From Dicyema japonicum (Eukaryota > Animalia > Dicyemida): a stretch of DNA of 64,000 nucleotides. The notes under the pieces are model-generated. The model did not search any database. It was not told where the DNA came from and was given only the letters and a program-made list of their open reading frames with translations. Location of the stretch: contig RDEW01000002.1 of NCBI GenBank assembly GCA_011109175.1, positions 136,299 to 200,298 of the forward strand. The letters are read 5' to 3'. Positions 38,333-47,540 of this stretch are shown here, in pieces (position 1 is the stretch's first letter; each line of letters opens with the position of its first letter). A program made the translations under genes and the position numbers.

Positions 38333-39256
38333 ATGTCTCATCAATCAAAACTGACTGCATTCATCACCAAGGTTTGCTGGCTTGTCAATTTTTTTCTAGA
38401 AAGAATACAATAAAGAAGCTCCCTCATTTGAGGATAATAAATTAGCTGGTGAGATGAAGCTCCTTGATAAACAGACATTTCAACTAATATCTCACATGGG
38501 TCCCACATGGTTTAAAGAACTAAAAGATGAATTTAAAAAGGATTACTTTGTTGCTGTAAATAATTATTTTTTATAATTAAAGTTATCAAAATTCGTATTC
38601 GAAGAGCGAAAAATTAATGTAATATATCCTACCCCTGAGAATGTGTTTTCGTTTAGTCGCCACAGTCCAATCGACAAGATCAAAGTCGTTATCCTTGGAC
38701 AAGATCCTTACCATGGTGAAGGCCAGGCCCACGGACTTTCATTTAGCGTAGGAAAATCTGTCTCGTTCCCCCCAAGGCAGTCTTTGGCTTGATTTTAGTC
38801 TTACAAACATATTCAAGGAACTCTCGTCCGATATTCCTGGATTTAAGACTCCTCGTCACGGCTGCCTTGAAAGATGGGCTACCCAAGGTTGAGAAGTCTT
38901 TCAAGGAACTTTACAGGTGTTTTACTGCTTAATGCCGTCCTTACTGTGCGGAAAGGTCAGCCAAATTCCCACAAAGATCATGGCTGGGAGTCATTCACGG
39001 ACGCCATAATAAAATGGTTAAATAAAAACAGGACTGGACTCGTATTTATGCTGTGGGGGAATTATGCTCAGAAGAAAGGATCGTCGATAGATAAAGTATT
39101 TTGAATCTCCCACGCTAGAATAAGCATTTAGTACTTCGATCAGCCCACCCTTCTCCCTTTTCTGCTACTAAATTTTTCGGCTGCAAACATTTTTCTAAGG
39201 CGAATGAATATCTGAAAAGTAACGGGAAGGTTGAAATTGACTGGTCCTTTGATTAA
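38333..39256 (+). CDS. UNG: Uracil-DNA glycosylase (family 1)
   Basis: N-terminal PIP-like QSKLTAF; GQDPYH, AHGLSFS, GVLLLN, LWG, AHPSPFS; five micro-introns. Confidence 0.96.
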
Positions 39257-39599
39257 CGTGATTTTTTGTAATTGTCTTATTTTTGCATGAATTTGATGGT
39301 TTTATTGGCTGAGTGAAATATTACATAATGGATTGGGTTATGAGTTGGAATTATTACAGGTACCTCCACCACGTGGTTGAATTTGAAAAAGAGCTCTTTT
39401 GAACCTAAAAGAGCGTTAGTATCTTTTCTAAATAGCTCACAAGTCAATCCGATCTTAGGTTGAATAGCTTGTCACTTGGTTTCCTGAGTGTCAAAATGAG
39501 ACAAAAAATTATTTGTTTTTTTACTTTATTGAGTGAAGGGTCCCAATGAGTCAAAGATTGAATGTTTTCTTCTCTAGCCGCTTGTTCTGGTCATGTGTG

Positions 39600-39690
39600 A
39601 TATCGGAAGACCTGTCTGCTTCTGGACCATGGAACTAGATTCACTTAATTAGTAGTAACTTCTTTCGGTGTATCTAGGAGTTAATAAAAC
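39600..39690 (+). mobile_element. Degenerate LINE/330-bp element 3' end
   Basis: ggaactagattcacttaattag..ttcggtgtatct..aataaa. Confidence 0.5.
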
Positions 39691-39744
39691 TTAAAAAATA
39701 ATCTATTTTTTCTGCTCTTCGTTTTTCAAATATGTTCAGAGTAT

Positions 39745-39840
39745 CTCGAAAGCTGACTATTTGAGCGCATCTCGCTCGCCATCCTGAGAGGAAATAGCCA
39801 CGCATGGCGTCCGCTGGTGAACCCTCAGCTCAATTTATTT
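39745..39840 (+). mobile_element. CRE-type 3' tail
   Basis: LFERISLAILRGNSHA. Confidence 0.75.
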
Positions 39841-40117
39841 TAATAAATATTGAATTCAGAGTATTTATAAGGAAAACTTCGACTCTATTCTTCACATACG
39901 TAGGTTGATCTTTATATGATTCTACGTTAGTTCAATTTCGAGTAAAAATTAGGAAATAATATTTTCAAAGAGATTTGTTAGATCATTTGGAGTTTCTGCT
40001 CATCTTCATAAAACGTATAACCTGTCTTATGCTTTAAATAATTGAATTCAAAAGAACGATGAAGATTTACTAAAACAGTGGAAAAAAAAATTTAGAAAGC
40101 CGGATCAATATTGGATG

Positions 40118-40223
40118 ACTATTCTCCCTGGATCCGAAGGAATTACGTAAGGAAAGCCACTATTCTCCTGGATCCGGAAGAATTACGTTTAGGAAAGATC
40201 CCGGAAGGAATTACGTTAGGAAA
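40118..40223 (+). repeat. Small tandem repeat (~41-bp unit, ~2.5 copies)
   Basis: actattctcc(c)tggatccg(g)aag(g)aattacgt(t)aggaaa repeated; third copy lacks the 5' half. Confidence 0.85.
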
Positions 40224-40299
40224 TCAACATTCAAGGAAGTCATTAAACTAAAAATATCTTTGTAAGCAACAATTCTTAAACGTCAAAATCAGGAAATAT

Positions 40300-41095
40300 G
40301 TGCCCCAATATTTCGTTGTCTTCAATGGCCATATGGCTAGGAATTAAGTCGTAAATTCTTCACAAAGGTTTTTTACGAAGTGGAATTTTTTAGAGGTCAG
40401 TGAGGTTCCTATAAATGTGCCTGTGGTTATTGAACATGTAAACATGTTTGTCTCAAAATGAGTTTGTGGAGAGGAATTTGGTCCACAGTGTTGACGAGTC
40501 AGGTTTATTTGGATGGCCCTAGGAAAAAAGGATTATGATTGGTCGATTAGAGTATGGGGTTGCAGAAAGATATAGACTTGTGGAAAGGGTAAGAACGCAA
40601 CCCACGTGTTTGAATTATGTCGTCAAAGTGGAAAAAGTTCGTTAAACTTAAGAAGGATGGATTTTTAGTTCCGTTTCCTGTAGGAGTGCGATGCCAATTT
40701 AGGGGTGGCAAGCAAGGCGGATTTGTGTGCAAGGCTGTTATGTTGAGTTGAATGATGTTCAGGAATTTAGCGTTATGTGGAGGCCGAGATTCTGCTCGAT
40801 GTCCCCAGTGAAGATTAGGAGAAGCCAATCCAATCTATGAAATGCGCTCGCAAATTACCCATAAGCATATGAATACTTAAGGTTCCGCTTGTGGTGTGCT
40901 CTCCACTATCCATTCTACTTGTTTTCTCCATGTAACTTTCATTCCCGCTCATCTCCGAGTTCACAGGGAAAATCCCTACATAAGGTCTCTGTTTAATGTT
41001 GGAATGCGTCCCTGAGGTTGAAAGTTGCAATAGTAAACGGGGTAGAATAGACAGATTGAGAGCACGACAAAGACATAGACATTATTAGACCAACA
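40300..41095 (-). mobile_element. Ingi/Vingi-like LINE 5' part (leader ORF, 2A-like motif, APE start)
   Basis: LLLIFTGDIEQNLG[P]PHNAKFLNIIQLNI: 2A-like motif directly before an APE LNILQLN-type start; 5' end resembles 43381-43500. Confidence 0.65.
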
Positions 41096-41164
41096 TACTT
41101 AGTTTTTGTAATTTTTATTTATTTATTATAAGGAAAAAGAATAGTTAATTTTAATTTTTTAATT

Positions 41165-41345
41165 ATTCAGCTGTTGGGAGATGCATAAGCTTTCCCACGG
41201 ACAACAGCCAACGAGAGCCTCTCCTTGAGCCATCTCGTCTTACGAAGATCACCAGTTTTGTCGGATTAGTGTTTTCCAAGATGATTCAGGAAACCTCAGC
41301 GTTTAGGGCCAAAGTTCCCCGAAGTTTCAATCGCGACAGGTGCGA
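41165..41345 (-). mobile_element. CRE-type 3' fragment
   Basis: ETSGNFGP...WLKERLSLAVVRGKAYA. Confidence 0.7.
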
Positions 41346-41369
41346 AAATGTATCTGTCGCTGATATCCG

Positions 41370-41550
41370 AATACTTAGCATTTTTCATTCCTCTGCTTGA
41401 GAAGAAGGTCTGCCCGGTGAATTATTTTTTTTGCTTGGGGCGAAAGAGCAGACACAGGTCACATCCCATACAAGGTTTCGCCCTCGCTCGAAAGGAAAGG
41501 AGGTCATGCCGTCAGGGCGTCTTCCGTTGTCAAATTTTTATTTATTTATG
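41370..41550 (+). mobile_element. Degenerate CRE-type 3' fragment, divergent from the previous one
   Basis: FFIPLL...KVSPSLERKGGHAVRA resembles RISLAILRGNSHAVRA. Confidence 0.45.
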
Positions 41551-41695
41551 TAGTTTGAACTTTTCAATCAATAAAATATAAATTATTTTTAAAAACTTTA
41601 AAACTTTATTTTAAATAATATTTGAGTCTCTGCGTATTTTAGAAAGGTCATGTTGGGTCTACAAATCTTGGTACTAGACTACGAAGATTTTGAAT

Positions 41696-42221
41696 CTAAA
41701 TGGATCCTAATAGTACCTCTTCTAACAGAGCTGGGACATCGTATTTTTCCAGATCCTGATTTATTTTGACAAGCCGGACTAATTTCATGGGAGACATCCC
41801 TAACTAAATGTTCCTTTACCATATCCTTGCATTTTGAACAACCAAGCAACCATTGCCTTCTCGATTCGTCGACTAATTGAACTCCTGCGTACTATCAGAG
41901 CTGTTAGACGGGATTTCTTGATTTGGAATACTTTCTATTACTGACGAATCCTGGCAATTTCGTTCGGATAAGACTTTGATAACCAAAATAAACGACCAAT
42001 TTTACTTCTTCGGCTGGCTTGTTGTATTCTGGAGGATCAAAATAGTCCACACATTTCCATCTCCCATAAGTTTGAGTTCTCAAAGTGATCACTGTAAACC
42101 GGTTAGAAAGAGGGTCTATTTGGAGAGGTTGTGGTTGAGAATCCGACTGAGTAGACGGCTGTATGTCCACAATTTTATAATAGATCGATTTTGCGGTCGA
42201 TTCCTTCTGTTCGGTATCCAT
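41696..42221 (-). CDS. Compact TSC22-domain (bunched-like) protein
   Basis: RFTVITL..YGRWKCVDYFD motif, then ISRRIEKAM/DMVKEHL across a 26-nt intron; one 1-bp shift before the zipper-like VRLVKINQDLE. Confidence 0.75.
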
Positions 42222-42299
42222 GTTAGCACATTTATTTTAAAGGTGCTATTTTAATAAATCTGATATAATCATTAAAACGCAATAATATTGATTCAACGT

Positions 42300-43500
42300 A
42301 ACGAACAATATGACATTTGCTGATCCTCCATGGTTACGAGAGGAAGATATCATGAACGAAGTGGACATTTAATGAATAGAGGTCACGACTTGGATCAATT
42401 AACCATTTGTCTATCAATCTTAGAATTGTTCAGTATTCTAGCCATTTATCAATTTCCTTAAAAAACCAAATTTAATAGTGAGAAAAGTAATCAGTTATTT
42501 TATTCCAGGAATGTGCGTGTTCTGTAACAGTGAACCGCTGCTGTGGAACTCTTATTAAAAATATCCACCACCTAATCTCCCATATCCATTTTTTATCAGC
42601 ATAAGAAAATGATCGACTTGGGAGACATCGAATAGACTGATAAACTAGAGAAGTTCCAGCAGCTACAATTTTTGGTTCAAAATCAAAATCTTGAAGGTGG
42701 GTGAACTGTCCGTTCATAGATCGTTTCTAATGATAATGTCCCTCACGTTGTAGGTGTGTCACATATAGAAAGCCTCTACTTTCTAGACACAGCAATCATG
42801 CTTTGTTCATAAACAACATTATATTATTGAACACAGAGCTTATTGCGAACAAGTCAGGTTCTAATTAAGGAATGATGAACCATGGAAGAGTTCACATCAT
42901 TCACGACGTCGTCCTTAATGTCCATACTTTTTAGACCTTTATGAACTCTCGGCCTCAACCAATTACCAGGGGGTATTCCAGCAGTCAATCAGCCATCCCA
43001 TCGACTTGCCATAGTAATGACAAAGCCCTTGCAACCAGAGAAACTAGCAACAAAGTCATCTTATAATTGCCCTTGTCATAAGCAAACTCACGTAGTCCAT
43101 CCAGATTCTTTTCTTCTCTGAGGCGTCTTCCAACCGTTTGAAATTCCCCGTCGAGAACCATCAGAATGGTGGTCTTAGTCGTCCACGGAATCGGGAAGAA
43201 TTCCTCCATGGCCAGTATCTCATTACTAAATAAACCCAAACTAACTAATTCCTTGATCCTGACACGCTCTGACAGAACCATCACCCAGGCACAGTAATCC
43301 AGTACGTTGTCCGGAGAACTGAGATCAATTCCAGAACTCATCGCCAGAGAGTGAACTTGTCTCCCGGGAGAATGAATAGATGGATCCTTTTGAATGTCGG
43401 CAGGCATTAGACGTCTCCTGAGTAAGTTGTATCCAATGACACTACCAGTAGGAAAGAAGAGAAATCTTGAATCAAGTACCCACATGGCACCACGTGGCCA
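42300..43500 (-). mobile_element. Ingi/Vingi-like LINE 5' part (leader ORF, decayed 2A, decayed APE)
   Basis: 166-codon ORF also seen at 55270-55560; D[V]ELFHGS (DVELNPGP-like) before FLN*NL..HDCCV*KVE (APE WN..QE-like); 5' end homologous to the 330-bp element. Confidence 0.55.
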
Positions 43501-43703
43501 TTCGAATTATTAAAATTGAGAATTTAAATTTAAACATCTTTATTATTTCCATATATTCTAGCATCATTAATAAATAATAATAATAATCATTATAAGATTA
43601 ATAAAATAAAAAAAATCATTATAAGATGAATGGCTGACTTTCGATACGCACATGAACTTTTCGAGACATGTCACTAACGTGCTGAACAAATGTGAAAGAA
43701 AAT

Positions 43704-44881
43704 TGGTACTTTTACAATACATGCTTCACGAAATAAGGCTCTAAATGAATTAATGAAAATTTTTTAATGAAAAAATTAAAAAATTGAACAATGCCGAATT
43801 TGTAAAGATTATTATAAATTTTTTTTAATAAATTGCTAAATCTTTACGACTTAGTGGTGTTAAAACGATACCGACAATATCAAAGCTGAACTATTAACGA
43901 CCCCCTACCTAAGAAGAAACCGTTATGGGCTTCATATAGATGCTTATAATCATTCCATTAGCGAAAAAAGTCATTATTACTTGTTTTTACGCAGCGTGAT
44001 GTTCGGTGGACAATATCTAACGATCGCATCTATTAATTAATCGAAGGAGTTTTCCAAATGGCTCACTTGCATGCTAAATAGTGATTATCTCCGAAGACAT
44101 AATGAAGTGGTGAAGTGCATCCATCTTCATCTTTGTCGAATTTATGGAATCAAAAGAAGCAGGAAATTGAAAGGACATTCTGTTCAGTCAATATTGACGA
44201 ATCAAATGTCGAAATTAGGGTTGACACGTCGATTTTGACAGAAACAAAAGTCAAATACAATAAACCTGATATTTTTGTGTATGACAAAACAAAGTAGGAA
44301 GTAACTTTAATTGAAGTGGGGATTAACTCACAAGACTGACTAAAGCAAGTTGAAGTTGAGAAACTTCACAAATATGACTTGCTAGCAAATGAACTTTCGC
44401 TGCTCTATGAATGCTAAGTGAAGATTATTCCAGTGGTTTTGACATGATGGAGTTGTCTCAAGATGCTTCAAGAATCATATGGATAAATTATCTATTGAAG
44501 AATCAACGAGGACTTACATCCAATCGGTTGTGCTGAAGAGAACGCTCGAAAGTATGCTCATTGAACATAAGCATGGGATGAGGGTATACGATGAAGAGTA
44601 CGCCTCTGCTACCTCCCAACTTGTGGAACTGGCATGCCGTGAGGACAGCCCACTGGACTCTAACGGAGATATTTTGACTGAATCTGATGTGGAGATGCGG
44701 AGTAACAGGGAGGTTATGGCACACTTTTCTTCTTAGAGAAGAAGAGGAATTACCAACAATCTGGATCAAAATACGCTTAATTAGTTAATTTACGAGTTAT
44801 TATTATTTTACAAATTATTATTATTTTACGAGTTATTATTTTAGAGCCTTATTTCGTGAAGCATGTATTGAAAAAGAACCA
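43704..44881. mobile_element. Non-autonomous TIR element, 42-bp TIRs, 6-bp TSD GAAAAT
   Basis: 43704-43745 is the reverse complement of 44840-44881 (2 mismatches); GAAAAT at 43698-43703 and 44882-44887; termini TGGT..ACCA. Confidence 0.85.
44040..44770 (+). mobile_element. R4/Dong-like RLE retrotransposon 3' fragment inside the TIR element
   Basis: YLRRHNEVVKCIH, NKPDIFVYDK, LIEVG, EKLHKYDLLANEL, IIPVV; in-frame stops. Confidence 0.85.
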
Positions 44882-45029
44882 GAAAATCAACCTTCTGAAA
44901 TGCCTAACAGGTCTATGGAAAATTGGACAAAACCCTATACTTAAAACGCTCTACTCACAGTACTTTGAACCATGCATTTCATATACGTGTACTTCATGGG
45001 GACCACTGGCTTTTTATACGAACATGTGA

Positions 45030-45470
45030 ATGGTAATATCCCTGACTATGTTTGGGGGTATCAGGTATATACTCCCATAAATTTAGTATTGTACGGAAAT
45101 GAGCATGCACATATGCTCGGATGACACCAATGATAATATGTTCCTTGTTAGGCCGAATGACAAGAGTGCTAATAGGTGATATTTTAAAAATGAGTACGGA
45201 GTAACCCCCGATCTTTCTTAGATTCCGAGGGAGTTCAATGTTGTGGACATGTCTTCCTTCAGCAATATTATTCAGTAATGGACAGTTTTACCCGTGGATG
45301 TCGGGCGGAGTCCTCGAGGACATAAATAAGAGTGTGGCATCGATCTTTATTAACGGTGGAGCTAATCATTCTGATTTGAGGACTAGTTCTAAATATGATC
45401 CACCAATTTTAATTGAAGCAAGAAAATTATAAGTCTTGATAATCAGAAAATGGCTAAAAGATTTAAATTA
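45030..45470 (+). pseudogene. 3' fragment of S28 serine peptidase (PRCP/DPP7-like), pseudogenised
   Basis: WGYQ/YCTEM, FSNG.F.PW.GGV, GGANHSDLR, IRKWL; retains a 22-nt intron; three substitution stops; catalytic Asp/His motifs altered. Confidence 0.75.
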
Positions 45471-46511
45471 ACTCAATTAACAAAAATCACATTCCTTCTT
45501 GGCTCTCTAAAATTTGAATTAACAAAATTTATTTTATTTTGTAGCGATGTGGGATAATCACATTAACATTAGCTTTCTGTTCATATTTGGACTATTTGCT
45601 GTTAGGTTGAGCTTATAGCAGATGTCTTAGTTGTCTTAATCTTTCCCAATGTACATGGACTTTGTTACGACTGAAAGAACTATCAGAGACTCACTCACTA
45701 GCATTAACTCTGTCAGTCATATTAAACCGATTCGCTGTTAGTTAAGCTTAAAGCACTTCTCGTACAGATGTCTTTATTGCTATACATCACCTGTCCTTAG
45801 ATTCTTCAGTGTACATAGACTTGGTTGCAATCGAAAGAACTAGCAGAAACACGAAATTTTCTAATTCTGTTCCGCTTGAACTTTCCTCCAGAGCACGTGT
45901 TAACGAATTTAATTGAGAATTTCATATTTTATCTTATTACTAGCCTCGCCAACAAAATTAAATGATGCTGAAAATGTGAAATTTGACCGAGTTTCTGTGG
46001 AGCGTGTGGGAATCACGTGATTAATTAGTTTGGCGTTACTATGCATTTTTCGAATTTTAATTTTCAATTCTTACTGCCAACTTTATTGAAGCGGTACAAT
46101 TTTCAATGCCTCTCACGTTATCCATAGAAACAAAACCGACCACCGCCTTTCCTGTATTGGTTCTCTTTGAGTTCTGTACAATACCAGACATAACTGGCGG
46201 ATATTCTGTAGCGTCTACTTTGGAAGTTACTTTCTTGCTAACCACTAGTTTCTTTTACTTGAGGCGAAATGTGCTAATTAATATCTATAGAGGTCAACTG
46301 ATGGCGCAAAAAAGTCGCGAATGTCATGGCTTCCAATGCGGTCAGGTGTCCTTATTTTTTGAAGCAGGTCAAAGATTTCCTAATTACCGCTTCACGTGTC
46401 TCAACAAATTTCTGAATTTTAGGCAAATTAAATTTATTTTCTTAATTCTTTAGTTTACTAAGGCAGCCACAAAAAAACATAATTTAAATAATTAATTAGT
46501 AAGGGGGATAG

Positions 46512-47017
46512 TCAATCTTCATCCTATTTATTACAAAGCAAGTAAACCCCCATATATGTGTCGTGTTCTATAACGCGATCAACAACATCACGAATAGAAG
46601 GATCGTACACTTGTCCTCCGAGAATAAACTCGTCCATTAAGTAATGAACTTTATGGAGATTATAGATCATATCTATCTCACACACCTGAGTTACACGTGA
46701 GTCTTACCGAGCCAAAATAATGGTCCAAAATCTCGACAAATCTGTGAAGTACATCCAAAGTCATCATTCCGTTGTCTTCAGAATCAATAAGGGCGCAGAA
46801 ATATAGGCCTGCATATCTCTAGTAGATTTTGTAAGAACTACTTTCGGAAAGCGATTGTATACTCGCCGAATTCTATGAAATTCCAGTCTGGATTGACTTC
46901 CAATGTGAGTTTAACGATTTCTTTTATGAGTCGTTGTTTCTCAGAATGTGAATACGGAAAATAACACTTTTGGAGACGGATATGTCCCTGACGATTAAAT
47001 AGCACAACAAGACGCAT
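46512..47017 (-). CDS. AP1S: AP-1 adaptor complex sigma subunit
   Basis: [45 protein letters not shown]; three micro-introns. Confidence 0.9.
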
Positions 47018-47124
47018 CCTACTTTTTTAAATTATTTGAATAGTCTATTTAAGGTATTAAAAATTTGGTAATTTTAATATAGATTTTTAAATTTTTTTTA
47101 TTTTAGTAAAAGTAAAAGAAAAGA

Positions 47125-47210
47125 GAGGTTATATAGCGGCTGCCCTGACTGCGTGGCTATTCCCTCTCAGGATGGAGCGAGATTCGCTCAAATAACCAGC
47201 AGCGCTCACA
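47125..47210 (-). mobile_element. CRE-type 3' tail
   Basis: WLFERISLAILRGNSHAVRAAAI* intact frame. Confidence 0.8.
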
Positions 47211-47249
47211 GGACGCAGTCCATTTTTAAATTATAATTTAATTTAATTA

Positions 47250-47540
47250 AATAATTTATTAACCACGGATACACCGAGAAAAAATTTAAAGTAAACAACT
47301 AATTAAGTGTATCCAGTTTCCACTTCTACAGATACAGAGTACATCCGGAATCAGCATAAAGGGTAAGACGTCCATACTTGCAGTTGTGGAAACCCCTCCA
47401 GTGGAGTGGGGGAGAGCAATTGATCCTTTTTTATGTCAGCCAGGCACTGGGCGCCACCTAGACAGGTGGATCACATGACGCCACTCTAATAGGAAGAAAG
47501 AGGAGGAACAGAAAACTTCAACCAATTAGCCACGTGGCTC
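47250..47540 (-). mobile_element. ~330-bp non-autonomous retroelement, copy D
   Basis: Aligns with copies A-C. Confidence 0.8.
47421..47482 (-). ncRNA. Candidate HDV-like double-pseudoknot RNA motif
   Basis: GGCGTC-ATG-TGATCC-ACC-TGTCTA-GGT-GGCGCC-(P4 region)-AAAAA-GGATCA; pairing covaries across copies; L3/P1.1 non-canonical. Confidence 0.4.

Larger units (their letters stand above)
43630..45025 (+). mobile_element. LINE RT fragment split by a TIR element
   Basis: FDTHMNFSRHVTNVLNKCERK (43630-43703) resumes as KINLLKCLTGLWKIG..LYSQYFEP (44882-45025), collinear with 53810-53990. Confidence 0.75.

Noticed and set aside
40118-40223. CRISPR-like repeat
   Set aside because: Eukaryotic context, only ~2.5 copies, no unique spacers, no cas genes.
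47515-47540. tRNA-derived SINE head (TGGCTAGTTGG A-box-like)
   Set aside because: No B box, not conserved in the 15645 copy, and the region aligns with the LINE 5' end instead.
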